Assembly (NCBI RefSeq): GCF_001194135.2
Contig: NC_068989.1
Location: forward strand, 52,240,501 to 52,304,500
Length of the DNA: 64,000 bases
Reading direction: 5' to 3'
From: Octopus bimaculoides
Taxonomy: Eukaryota
This document shows positions 1 through 12,285 of this stretch, piece after piece. The notes below the pieces were generated by a model. That model was given only the letters and a program-made list of their open reading frames with translations. It did no database searches and had not been told where the DNA came from. How positions within the stretch are numbered: position 1 is the stretch's first letter; every line of letters begins with the position of its first letter. The translations under genes and the position numbers were made by a program.

Positions 1-322
1 GGGGGAAGGTGTGGGGGGGAGGGGAAGGTGGGTATGGGGAGAGAAAGAGAAAGAGAAAGAGAGTGAGCGAGAGGGAAAGAGAGAAGAGAGTGAGAGAGTA
101 AGGGTGAGAGAGTAAGAGAGTAAGAATGTAGAGAGTAAGAGTGACAGAGAGTGAGAGAGAGGGAAAGAGAATAAGAGTGTAGAGAGTAAGAGTGAGAGAG
201 GGGGAGTACGAGAGAAGAGAGTGAGAGAAAGTAAGAGAGAGGAGAGAAAGAGTAGGGGTGAAGAGAAGTGGGAGTGAAGAGAAGTTGGAGTGAAGAGAAG
301 TATGTGTGTGTGTGTATATATA

Positions 323-378
<56 letters not shown>
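1..378. repeat. GA-rich low-complexity tract followed by (TG)n/(TA)n microsatellites
   Basis: Directly visible: GAGA/GAGT repeats at 1-300, then TG/TA dinucleotide runs. Confidence 0.95.
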
Positions 379-379
<1 letters not shown>

Positions 380-692
380 AAATAATATGTGACAATTATT
401 TGGTAGCCATGATAAAACTCCGAGTTTTGGATGTCGCTGTGGAAACCCAAACCGCCATCTTTTCAGTTATCTGGCCATCGAAAAATGCTATGAATATGAC
501 AGTTAAACAAAGGGAAATTACTGTGTCATTGACCATTATTAAGACAAAAGACCTATTAGAATGACCGCTAAGTGAGAGGAAGGAGTATAATTAAGAGAGT
601 AAAAATGTCCATAGTATTCGCGTAAGCGCACCAGTCCATGGGCGCCCAGAGTTTTATCATGGCTACCGAATGATTGTAACATATTATTTACA
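377..692. mobile_element. MITE-like inverted-repeat unit (~44-bp TIRs)
   Basis: TGTAAATAATATGTGACAATTATTTGGTAGCCATGATAAAACTC (377-420) is the reverse complement, with 3 mismatches, of GAGTTTTATCATGGCTACCGAATGATTGTAACATATTATTTACA (649-692). Confidence 0.8.
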
Positions 693-784
693 GATAAATT
701 CCTCTATCTACATAATATCGAGGTCTCTTTCTTTCTTTTGTTGTCTTTTTTATCAATATATATATATATATATATTATTATGAT

Positions 785-975
785 TGACCGTTGACTGAAC
801 ACTATTCAATTTTTTTTCTCCGTGTTTTTCTCCTTGTCTCCGTATTCTTTCTGTTGAAGAGCGTAGCTCGAAACGTCAAAGACTTTCCGTATTCCCGAGC
901 GTCATACTAATATATACTTTTGTTATTTACACCACCTGTCCTCGTCTGTTGTTATTTTTTGTATATTCTCCCATA
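785..975 (+). mobile_element. Non-autonomous Penelope-type short repeat (family A) carrying a hammerhead-like motif
   Basis: Homologous by eye to the reverse complement of 26105-26280 (shared GAAGAGCGTAG(G)CTCGAAAC, CCCGAG, ACTAATATA, CACCTGTC-TCGTC). Ends in a (TA)n run. Confidence 0.7.
846..882 (+). ncRNA. Minimal type I hammerhead ribozyme motif, variant core (CUGUUGA)
   Basis: Stem I TCTTT(846-850)/AAAGA(878-882); core CTGTTGA-A; stem II GAGC/GCTC with GTA loop; GAAA; palindromic stem III AC-GT; predicted cleavage after GUC (877). Confidence 0.7.
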
Positions 976-1289
976 TATATATATATATATACACGCGCAC
1001 GCAAAAGCACACATGCAAACTTGCCCATTTTCTTTACATGTGCTTCTACAATCTTAAATTAGATTTTATTTCACAAACATCTCTAGGGTTAAGGCAGTTA
1101 GTTAACTAAAAAAATAGCTTTGTTGATCATTATTTCAGTAAACTTCTGTGTGTTCCTAAAACGTATTTATTGATTACGATAAGAAGATACAACATATATA
1201 TTTCCTTAAGTAAGATGTATTGCAACATGTTAATGTTTTGAGAATAACATTTTGTAAATGTCATTTATAATTGCAATAGAAAAAAAGAG

Positions 1290-1680
1290 GAATCCTACTT
1301 CGTAAATATATAACGAGTGATAAAGAAAAACAATTAGACAAAAGTAAGACAGATAACGAATTAAAAACTGCTTTAGAAAAACAAAAAAATATTTGAAGAT
1401 ATAACTGAAACACATTAAGCTAGAGAAAGTCACAAAATAAAGATCAGCGAAAGTGTATATGAGTATGTTAAAAAAGAACACTTGAGAGAAGGCAGTAGGG
1501 GAAACGAACAAAATATATTAGCATGAAATATAAAGAGGGATTCTAAGAAATATAAAGGAGAGATAAAAGCACAGTAAATAGATTAGAACAATCGACATAT
1601 AGCATAACGATGCAAAAATTGGTCTATTGTAATTGACTGGAAAATACGGAGGATAAAATTTAGAAAAGTTACAAATGAAA
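1290..1680 (+). pseudogene. Possible highly decayed LINE apurinic-type endonuclease fragment
   Basis: Stop-interrupted + frame reads ..IFEDITETH*..KIKISESVYEYVKKEHLREGSRG.., loosely like the EEP 'ITETWL..GY..RKDR..GGG' pattern. Weak. Confidence 0.25.
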
Positions 1681-1719
1681 GTAGAATATAGAGAAGTAAA
1701 TATATATGTATGTATATAT

Positions 1720-1779
1720 ACTCTTTACTCTTTAACTTGTTTCAATCATTTGACTGCGGCCATGCTGGAGCACCGCCTT
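1720..1779 (-). mobile_element. tRNA-derived SINE, 3' tail (rest lost in gap)
   Basis: Reverse complement AAGGCGGTGCTCCAGCATGGCCGCAGTCAAATGATTGAAACAAG..AAAGAGT matches the 3' end of the full copy at 55358-55770. Confidence 0.85.
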
Positions 1780-1794
1780 TATATATATATATAT

Positions 1795-1958
1795 NNNNNN
1801 NNNNNNNNNNNNNNNNNNNNNNNNNNNNNNNNNNNNNNNNNNNNNNNNNNNNNNNNNNNNNNNNNNNNNNNNNNNNNNNNNNNNNNNNNNNNNNNNNNNN
1901 NNNNNNNNNNNNNNNNNNNNNNNNNNNNNNNNNNNNNNNNNNNNNNNNNNNNNNNNNN
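1795..1958. other. Assembly gap (N run). Other gaps: 8254-8352, 31163-31172, 33629-33638, 38703-39259, 47887-48069, 53200-53366, 62239-62354
   Basis: Runs of N, mostly flanked by simple repeats. Confidence 1.
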
Positions 1959-1996
1959 ATATGTATATATATACACATATATATATATATATATAT

Positions 1997-2112
1997 TGGT
2001 TGCGGATTAAGTCCTACTGCGTAACACTTCGGGCAAGTGTCTTCTACTATACCGTCGGTCTAACCATAGGCTTGTGAGTGGATTTAGTAGGAGACTGAAA
2101 GCAACCCGCCGC
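1997..2112 (+). mobile_element. tRNA-derived SINE, 5'/central fragment (same family as 55358-55770)
   Basis: GGGCAAGTGTCTTCTACTATA..GCTTGTGAGTGGATTTAGTAG aligns with 55420-55525. Confidence 0.8.
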
Positions 2113-2292
2113 ATATGTATATGTGTGTGTGTGTGTTTGTGTGTGTATATACATACATATATAATTATGCGTGTGTGTTTGTGCTTGCCCCAATTTATAC
2201 ATACATACATACATACCTACATACACACATACATACATGCATACATACATACATACATACATACATACATACATACATGCATACATACATAA
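2113..2292. repeat. (TG)n and (CATA)n microsatellites
   Basis: Directly visible. Confidence 0.95.
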
Positions 2293-2774
2293 ATATCTAA
2301 CAAGCGTTTGTTAGTTTTGGTTGCATTTCAGTTCAGTGGGTATAAATGCCTTTTGAGCAGTGGTTAGAACATATGATAGCAATTAAGACCCATAGATCTT
2401 TCCGAGTGGTCTTTTAAACTTTTAAGTCTATTTTAAGTCTATTTGAAAATTACAGATGCCCAACGCTGTTTGTTCGTTAATTTTTTATCCCTCCAGCTAT
2501 CTGTTTCCTATTTAATATATTTATATTATGTTTTTATATGTAACTCTCAATAGTTTTTAAAGTTATTTTTTAGTTTTTTTTTATATATATTTACTATGAC
2601 TTCTTTGCTTCTTCTTTTTATACCTTATTGATTTTATGTTAATGCTAAGGAAATCAATTCCCTGACCTTAAGGGAATATCTTTGTTTATATTGACCATGC
2701 CAATCTAATCTTATCTACTCTCGGTCATCCATATATTTTATATGCAAAATTAAATATGTGTATGCATATTGTTG

Positions 2775-2905
2775 AATCGTTGGTGTAACCCTGACGTTCG
2801 TTTGATCTGATGAGCTACATGTGTTTATTTCGATTGTAAAATCCGTAGCATACATATTAACACGGACGGGTAAACATAGTCAGGAACTTTTCAGCACCCC
2901 TCGTA
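2775..2905. mobile_element. Mariner-like terminal fragment (single TIR)
   Basis: CAGGAACTTTTCAGCACCCCTCGTA (2881-2905) is nearly identical to the TIR at 8659-8684 and ends in TA. Confidence 0.7.
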
Positions 2906-3772
2906 TCATTTATAATTTTGTGGATTCACATCTCACACGCTAGTGTTGTAAATATTAGGCAGGTGAGACAACTCGCCGTAGATTGAATTCAGGAGTGATT
3001 TCGCAATTTTTGTGGCTTATCAACATAACGTACCTCAATCGAAACGGGAAGGAATCGAATCGCCAGGCTGTGATTATATAAGAATATTATAAAAACTATT
3101 TCCTGATGTGCAACGGCTATGCATACGTAAGATAAAATTCAATAACGAATTAAAAGCAGCGCTAGTGTTTTAAACATTATTGACCGCACAAATTCAATCT
3201 ATATGCTTTTTGTGTAAATTTGTGTGTAACTTGTTCACTATTATAAGTATGTGTAGGTGTGTGTGTGTATAATTATATCAAAGTCCAGTTGTTATTTGGG
3301 TATGGATGTGCGTACAGGTAGGTGCTCGTGTACGTATGCCTTCATCTGCATATATACGACTTTTTTATGAGAGCGACTTCCATTTTGTGTAAATGATGTA
3401 TGTGTATGGATCTGTACTGCTGGTTTATTATTTTCGTCTTTTTTTTCTCATGCAGATATTGTTACGTTCTCATGCGAGCATTGGGCTTAGACTCAAAATG
3501 ATACGAAACTTTTTATCGTAGTAATTAGTAGATTTATATAAAATCTTAGAACACACATTCAGATACACAGAATTTGAAATATGTGAAATAAGAAGCTTCC
3601 TTTTCAATCATGTGGTCTTCGGTTCAGTTCGACTACACCCTGTAACATGATAATATATTGACCTCTCACACCTCATTTTATGTGATTTATATATAAATAC
3701 ACAGAGAGAAGGGAGGAGAGAACGAGAAAGACAGGAAGAGAGGAGAGATAGACAGACAATCCGACAGAAATA

Positions 3773-3803
3773 ACTATCTATCTATCTATCTATCTATCTA
3801 TCC

Positions 3804-3855
<52 letters not shown>

Positions 3856-3870
3856 GTCTGTCTGTCTGTA
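3773..3870. repeat. (TATC)n then (TGTC)n microsatellite
   Basis: Directly visible. Confidence 0.95.
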
Positions 3871-6800
3871 TGTCTGCCTCTATGTGTGTGTGTATTTTTT
3901 TATTTAATAAACGCAATATATGCTTGCATGAGCTGCTATTAGTTTCATTAAATGAAGGTATAACAGTAGCATTTCTTATCACGTCTCGTGTCTCAAGACA
4001 ATCTCCAGGCAATGCCCGAATATCTATTTCTCACCAGATAGAGTACTTTTTTTGATGATCTTACCAGCACGGAGCAGTACACTACATCTATGTGTGTGGG
4101 AGGGCAATACGTGACTATAAACGCACCCATATATATCAATATATGCATGTATATATGAATAAATGCATGGATGTATGTAGGTGTGTATAGATAGATAGAG
4201 AGATAATTAGACAGATACGTACATACGTACATACATACATGTGTGAGTTTGTGTGTGTTTTCTCCACCATCGCATGACAAGTGGTTTGGGAATATTGCGT
4301 CTTCCTGATGTAGTGATTAGGAAAAGCGATATAACATTTACCAGGCTTAAATTTGCATAAGTTCTGAGTTAGAATCTTTCGATTAAACCTGAAATGGCGC
4401 TGAATACCATAGTGCAATAAATTGAACAAATGAAAGGTGTAAAATAAATGATATACATAAACACGTATCTGCCACTTTGTCTCTATGTATGTATTTGTAT
4501 GTGTATGTGTATGTGTGCTTGTGTGACTATGAATTGTATAATTTGATTTTATGAAGACATACAAAACGTTGGCTGACGGATGAAAACAACTGAAAAGAAT
4601 ATGATACCACAATTCACTGTAATTCAAACAAGTCTTCCATTCTTCTCCTTAATCCTCTCTTCCATTCTCTCCCTCATCTCCTATCACTCTCATTATTTTG
4701 TTCTCCTCAGTTTGTGTCTTATGAGTTCAACGACGAAACTATTTCATGAAAATACTAAATATCCATGACAAAGAAATTACGTATTTGTAAATGTATAAAT
4801 TGTTCAAAAGTGGAATAAATTGGATTGCTCCGAGGAAGGTGAAAATACTAATCTGTTTCTTTTCCTCAGAGCAAACTAATTTATTCCAATTCTGAAATGT
4901 TTATACTCAGTAATTGTCGCCCCAAACCATCACTAAGTTCCTCTGTCATTACATTGTTGCGTATTACTAGTAGTGTTTATATTATTTTCGTTATTTCTAG
5001 TGATTTATTTGAAAGTAGAATTATTCAATATCACTAACCAACTTTCTGAGTTTATCAAACAAGCATCAAAATCGCATAATTGTTTCCTTTCTTTGTATGT
5101 ATCGCTTCACTCACCAACGGTCTTCTACAAAATTTCGGTACCTTGCTCTAATCTTATTGAAAACCTCCATTTCCCGTGGTTAAATCAAAAGAAAATTGTA
5201 AATTGTTTAAGTTTAAGAAATAAAAACATGAATATAAATAATCCATATGTGAAACTCGGCAATACGTGACTGAATATATTAAAACATTTTCTATGTTACT
5301 TATGATCAGAGAAATTTCCAAAAATCATTGCTATCTTTAATGAGAAATTATAAGTATTTGTTTTACTCTGAGAATAGATAATGTCATCCATTGTACTGGT
5401 ATACAAATATCTACGCATATCCCAACATAAATGAGATAAGCCTAACTTGGACACGCCTAACAAACATTAGGAGTTTCTTCTACGTCAGATCTTCTGTAAT
5501 TGCCGTAAAAAAAAATAATCAAGAGGTACAACAATAATAAGGATAATTTCTTACTTAAAAATACGATTTATCGTCAAAATGATTTCTCAACATGGTTGTT
5601 GCGAAGAAGGCAGCTGCAACCAAACTGAAATTTTCCAATGTGCGAAATTTTAATATTTTATATCTCACTTATTTGGAAAAAAAACAAAACAAAAGAACAT
5701 AAATATCGAAAACTATCAAAAACCGAAACACAAAATGAATTCCTGAAACTAATCATTCATAACTCATGAAAGTTAAAGAGAAATAACTTTACGTATAACA
5801 TACAGTACATCCAAATTCATAACATTGTCACGTTTAAATCATTTGTCTTAGATCAATTTAATTTTCATCCATGTAAACTTTACTGGTCAAAAGTATTCAC
5901 ACGACTATGCAAAAAATGTATTCACGTGTGTGCAAAAATGTCTATATTTCAATTTGACTTTGAAGTATAATCAAAAGAAACATTATAAAAGTTGTCCCTC
6001 GTCTGTAAATAAAGGGAAAAAAATTATATGTAATTTTTAAACTTATATATTGACTTTAGAAATTAATTATTAATCCTTCACATTATTAATACTTTAAATT
6101 ATCTACGAACCCCATGTAAAGAGCAAATAAGAGTACGGAGCCAAAATGTGGTACTGCTGCGCTGACTTGTACCCTTACCACCTAGGTACTCACGCGTAAC
6201 AAGTCTCTTCACTTCAACATAAGATAAAACTTTAAATCACTGTTAGATCTCACACTGTTATCCGTAAATGTTTATGAATTTAGTTTTCTCAACTATTGTT
6301 ACTTTTCTCGATGTTATGTGAAATTTAGATCAACCTCAGTATACACATCATGGAAAAGAAAAACAAAGAAAAAGCATATTTCCATTTTAAATAAAGAGTC
6401 CAATGGTAAAATTAGGCATTTAACACAAAATTTCTTGTTTTAAATTTATATGCATATGAAGTGCTTTCGATCAATAAATTGGACAATTATATTGAAGATC
6501 ACAGCGGAAGCGATTACAAAAAATAATGAAATATCAGTGTAACAAATTATAACACAAATTAGGGCCCATTTTATGCAGAAGAGACCCGTATTTTATTAGA
6601 ATACTCTGTGCAAAAGGAAAGTATTGAAATTTATTAAGTGCACCAGTTTCCATCGACACTTGACTTTTTCCCCCTCCCACAAGTGATATAATGCTTTCGG
6701 TTAAAACTATTATAATACCATATATCACTGCATTTAATTTCCCAGGAAGTCTACCATAGAATAATTATTTGAAATTAAACGCACACCCAGCGATCAATAA

Positions 6801-8474
6801 TATATACAATTGCAATTGTAAAAACCAAAACTAACAGTCCCATCTTAGAATATTTTAGGGGCAACCAATCAGCGTACTTTTCAACGGCTACGTAAAATTT
6901 GACTTCTTCGTCATATATAAAATTGACAGGAACTACATTTAAGGTATGATGTTTATCAACATGTTAACACACAGCTATATTTGGAATATGAGGTTAAACA
7001 TTTTGCCTTTTAATATACACTGGAGAAATATATATTTCACAAAAAGCCTTGCTTACGGTAGAACACTTATAAATTAAAGCAAAGTAAAAATCACTAAGGG
7101 ATGAAATATTTTTTGCATCAGCTCCACACTTATTTCTAAATAATAGAGATAGTTTAGCTTTTAGTTTTACGATAGTAACAATGAATTAATAAGTTGGAAT
7201 TTTTCGAATCAAATACACATTAATTATACTTATTCGCTTCCTAAGACTCCTAAAAGATATTCCTGTTGAAAAAAGAAACTTAGATATATTCAATAAATTA
7301 TTATTTAAAGGTTGAATGCCAACTGACGGGAAAACACATTGTAGTTAATAATCAATTAATGTCTCTGAAAGTCCGTAATGTGACAGGAAGCATATCTTAT
7401 TTAGACAAAATTGTTGCTTCTTGAAGATTTTACAAAAAGAAGGCAAATCCAAATAATTCACAGCGAAAAGTTTGTAATGAGATTATCTGCTATGTGTGAA
7501 AAAATTAGTACCGAGAAAAGTTTTCAAAATGGAGAGAGAATAAGGTGAAATATTACATGAGTAAACGAGTTTGGTGACCTAACTTGGAAATACATATTCT
7601 AATTTCTTTATGCTAAATATCTAAATCCATTCTACACAATTATACAGGGAAATTTTTTATACATGATATAATACAATATCAGGTACGAACGTATCATGTT
7701 TTAATGTATTAAAGTATTTACTTAAAGAAGGAAAGGAAGAGAGGAATCTATAATATGTAAGTATACGTGCAAATGAACAAGAATAAATAAAATTAAATCT
7801 AATTTATGAGCTTTCCATTTGAAAGCATTTCATTTCAGAAAGATATAAATTCTATAGGATTAAATTTAACGTATATTTAACTTAGTAAATGGATAATTGC
7901 TACTTGTTTAGTTACAGAGGAAGTCTTCCAATTATAGAATTGATAATGTCTAAACTAATATTATTTTATATCGAAAATAGAAATTCAATTCGGAGGAAAT
8001 GATGCAAAAACTCGAGGCAAGAACATGAATGGAAAGTCTTTAAATTGATTTTATATCCACTTATAATTAGTGATATCAGAAGAGTCATATTCTGCTTTAG
8101 TGAGCAGAATATAATTCACGAATTCTGAGATCTCATTGAAAACACTTTTAATTTTCATTTTAAAGAGAATATCATGAGGTAAAACATTCAAGCTATAATA
8201 CTTAATTAGTAGATGGAAATGTTTAAGAATATATTATAAATAATTATATATATNNNNNNNNNNNNNNNNNNNNNNNNNNNNNNNNNNNNNNNNNNNNNNN
8301 NNNNNNNNNNNNNNNNNNNNNNNNNNNNNNNNNNNNNNNNNNNNNNNNNNNNTATACATAATAACACCAATTCAAGAGAATGTATTTTAAATGATTTTGA
8401 AACAAACTCAACTGGTGAGTGGTGAACTATGTTTTAAGTATTTTGTATCTTGTTCTGTTGAGAAATATATTACA

Positions 8475-8684
8475 TACACGAGGGTGTGCTGAACCGTTTC
8501 TAGCTTTGGGTAAAAGACAATACACCTGGATCATTTAATTATGATTTTATTCAACATATTGCCTTCTCAGGTTTACACAATTATTGCAGCGGTCCTTCAG
8601 TTTCCTAAGCCTTATAACAGAACTTGGAAGACTGGGCCTTTCGCGATACCCTTCAAGCCAGGAACTTTTCAGCACCTCCTCGTA
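8475..8684 (-). mobile_element. Internally deleted mariner (MITE-sized)
   Basis: Imperfect TIRs (TACACGAGGGTGTGCTGAACCGTTTCTAGC / GCCAGGAACTTTTCAGCACCTCCTCGTA) with TA ends. The minus strand encodes KLKDRCNNCVNLRRQYVE*, like the mariner C-terminal KL..RW.KCV...G.YVE. Confidence 0.8.
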
Positions 8685-9634
8685 TTATATATAATTCGTC
8701 AGCTTCACGTAAGTATTGAGATGAGAAGGATATGCTCAAAAAAACAATATGCTTCATATTGCAGAATTAAATTTGACGATATTTTAAATGTTGGAAATGA
8801 GGTTTTTACGTTGCTATATGGTTAGAACGAGAGTTACTTTTTTATAGTGTCTGAGGAAGATATTTGCATTTGAAACTAAGGTATTTGTATTTGAATTGTG
8901 GGGATTTAAGTGTTCAGTTAAATAACATTAAATTAGAGTGAACAGATCAGATTAACTGTAACTGTGGTTGTTCTTTGAACCTTGTATATAAGATTAATAA
9001 TTATAGCCCATTAGGTTCAAGTTGAACCTCATGTTTACGTGCTAAAATATACACGGGCCCAAAAACTATTGGTCGTTTTATCTCTAACAACTTCCCCACC
9101 AACAAAAAGTAGTATGGATCTGAAATCGTCTTATGTTACTTCGGGCGTACTCGAGTTGAACATTCTTTTGTATATATTTTTGTGATGAAGTTGAATTGAA
9201 TTCTTCCTGCAGAATGTTAAGTAGTATCCCACTTCTTCGATCTATGTTATTCATAATTATTTCTCTTCTTCTTAGTTGATTAGCATTATTGTTCAGATTT
9301 GATTATCCACTTGAATTTCATAAATAACTTTTCCACATTACTCTTTAACTGTATCAGGTGACCACCCTATATTTCCCTTTCTAAATTGCAGTGCCCATTC
9401 TGGATGTCTGGGACGGAACTACTTCATGTACTTATTGAGGTTTAAAACTCGTTCTGTTTTATTTTGACAATTATGTGGTAAGATATTCTTCATATTTCTT
9501 CGAATTTCTCTTCTAAGTACCTTCTGTTCAATGTTGGGTTAGGTGTACTTCGGTAAGCCAGTGAACACCCTGGTATTGATTCCGTGGTGTTTTCCTCTTC
9601 TTTTCATTCCTAAAGTGCCCTTTTAAAGGCATCG

Positions 9635-9639
<5 letters not shown>

Positions 9640-9696
<57 letters not shown>
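9640..9696. repeat. (TC)n microsatellite inside the Gypsy integrase remnant
   Basis: Directly visible; sits between minus-strand codons for ..YPQTN and FVD... Confidence 0.95.
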
Positions 9697-9699
<3 letters not shown>

Positions 9700-9774
9700 A
9701 GTCTGAGGATAGCAATGAGGCGCAAAAATTCGCCCTATGACTAAATACTTGCTTTAACTTGTGAATTGTGAATG

Positions 9775-10045
9775 AAGTTGAAATATCACTCATCATGAAA
9801 ATGTCGAGCCACTTCGAAAAAGCATCAACCAGTACTAAAAATAATTACCATTTGTAGGGCGAGCAACATTAATGTGACCCTATGGACTATGCTTTTTTCT
9901 AGTACCGGCCATGGTTGCCACTTAGACATTGTAGGCATCGTTCAATACCCCAACGAACCTTTGAAAACGGGTGAATATTTTTCCTTCTGCAAATTGGTAA
10001 ATTCGTCAGATGATGCAACTTGGAATGAAGTGTTGATAGGAACAC
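9775..10045 (+). mobile_element. RTE LINE 5'UTR/ORF-start fragment
   Basis: Reverse-complement homolog of ~15865-16125, the 5' end of the RTE copy; contains the ATWN motif at the start of the endonuclease. Confidence 0.75.
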
Positions 10046-12138
10046 TCGAAGTGTTTGAATGTCAGTAGATTTCAATGGTTTACTATATAAGACCAGTTCA
10101 GTAATTCAATGTAAGCCATGTAAATCTAAGTCATGACGATCGATCAAACAGCAAGTTCCATTAAAAACATTTAAATCAAACTATACTTTACACTTAACCA
10201 TGCTGATAAGTTTTAAGTTATCTCTTATTCTCTTCTGTCTCACCTATTCCTGAGCAACCAAGTTGCCTCCAAGTTTTGCGAGAAAATCAACGTGATACCA
10301 GATGTTATGTCTAACTAATATAAAGGAGTATCATTTATTGAAATAATTTAAACCTAAATTTGTTACTTTTTTTTTTCTTTTTTTTCTTTTTGAAAATCCA
10401 CAAAACCACTTTAAATTTGAAAAATAGTATTGACTTTATTTCATCGTTTGCAACGAACCGAAAACTTGAATGATTACGCAAAGAAAGCCCTTCCTTATGT
10501 CTGAATTTTAGGAATAATTCAGACTTGTGTTGCTTGTGGGGGTAAAATGTTCCATAGTGTCTAGCTGAGTAGGACGGGAATTACATTTTTTTGTCTGTCA
10601 ATAGGTAATAGTTTATCAATAGTTTTCACTTGATTTACTGACTCTAAATTTGTTAAATTGTCACTCGTTTCAATCATCTTCATCTCATCCTTCAAGTTTA
10701 TTAACTTTTAGCACTCCTGGCTGGCTTGATGTACAGACATTTTCGGTCATAGTTTTAGTTTAGTACGAATGTCTGCAACCGATGTTGATTGTAAACCAGG
10801 AACAAAGAATAAACATTTAAACTGATTATTAGTTAAAGAATTGAAACTGAATTTACTTTACCTACATAGCTGACAGAAATCCTTTTTTCTGGGATTATTG
10901 AGAATTTTGAAGTAATTGCATCTACTATTAAACAAAGATGAGTTCACGCCAAAAATCTTCTGAAGTATTTGAACTGCTTCATTGCATTCAATAATTAGAG
11001 GATTGTTCAGTAGTTAATAGATGATGATAATTTTCAACGTGTGAAGTATCTTCAAAACGAACAAACCATGAATCAAATGTAATATCATCAACTGAATCAA
11101 AAATAAATTCTGTAATGGAATTTTAAGCTGCTTGTGATTTTCCACTGTTTTGAGTTGATCAATAATTTTTTAGTTAGTAATTCAATAAGTTTTAACTGGC
11201 ATCTCAAATTGTTTCTGCTGATATTCGAAATGCCTTTCCATCTGCTCAAAAGAAATAGTCATTTCATCATTTCATTCCCGTCATCACTGTTGTGACTGTG
11301 ATTGTGGTTGTTCATTGGTCATTGAATACCAGACAAATAAATATTTCCCATGAGATTCCAGCAAAGAAGGAAAAGAACTCGTAACTCGTTTTACTTGTCC
11401 ATGCGCTATATTATAACAATCCGCAAGTTTACAAACTGTCCGTTAGACAACAAACCCGAAGAAGAATCGCATATAATGAAAAGTGACAGATTTTTCAGGA
11501 ACACAGACGGTGGAACACCATGTTCAGGTGCTATATCGTTCACGTGCCAAAAAGCTAGTGGTCGTCTTATCCCTAACAAAAATCATACAGTAAATCATGT
11601 AATCTCATTGAGATGAAATTATATTAGAAAGTGCACCGATTACGACAAGAAGAATTATTTTCTTTGTCATCCACCTTTCAGCTTTTTAGTAATATTCTTA
11701 AATTTCTTAAATTTCTCTATTTCTTCGGTATCGGCTCTATTTTCAAAGGGATCTGCAAAGACTAAAAGTCTAATGATCTTACTCTATTTGTTTATTTTGT
11801 CCATTATAATTACATCTGGTTTCCATATTTCAATAGTACGATCAAAATTTAAGGCAAAATGATATACGATCCTGCAATTCTAATTCTCTGTCACAGCCTT
11901 ATGCTCATATTCTTACCATCCTTTTATCATTTCGAATACTCGCACTAGGCTAACGCCACAATGCACTCTTTTATTTACACACCCTTCTCACAAAGCATGT
12001 TTTGGGGATTGCCACTTCAGTCGCCGATGAGTCGACTATAAACAATAACAGCAAAAAAGAAATAAAATGTATCATTTTTATTGTTGTTGCTGTTGTTGTC
12101 GTTGTTTTTGTCATCGTCGTCGTTGTTGTTAAGGCGGA

Positions 12139-12285
12139 TGCTGGTTTAATATAATCGTCAGGGCGTCTGAAAATACACATGTCTGTATTTCTTCTGACTC
12201 TTTACATTTTGAGTTCAAACGCTATTGAGGATAAGTTTCCCTTTTATCACACCAGTGTCGATGAAATACTGTTCCCATCAAACAG
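12139..12285 (+). mobile_element. Old, degenerate tRNA-derived SINE (family of 54143-54341)
   Basis: AAGGCGG..GTATTTC..TTTGAGTTCAAA..TTTCCCTTTTATC..GTCGAT is collinear with the reverse complement of 54143-54341. Confidence 0.55.

Larger units (their letters stand above)
8900..11578 (-). mobile_element. Gypsy (Mag-like) LTR retrotransposon, decayed, lacking RT/RNase H
   Basis: Both LTR starts share ~70 bp (minus-strand TGTTAG..; 11509-11578 vs 9016-9089). Degenerate PBS ~11385-11395. gag ~11300-10520 (SITEFIFDSVDDITFDSWFVRFED..QFKCLFFVPGLQS..ADIRT). Protease ~10310-10060 (LDITSGITLI). Integrase tail ~9730-9100 (FVDAFK..YRSTPNP..ANQLRRR). PPT GGTGGGGAAG just before the 3' LTR. The left LTR boundary is approximate. 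Confidence 0.75.

Noticed and set aside
2800-2860. CTGATGA-GCTAC...GTAGC hammerhead-like start
   Set aside because: Followed by ATAC rather than GAAA, has no stem I pairing, and lies in a mariner terminal fragment.
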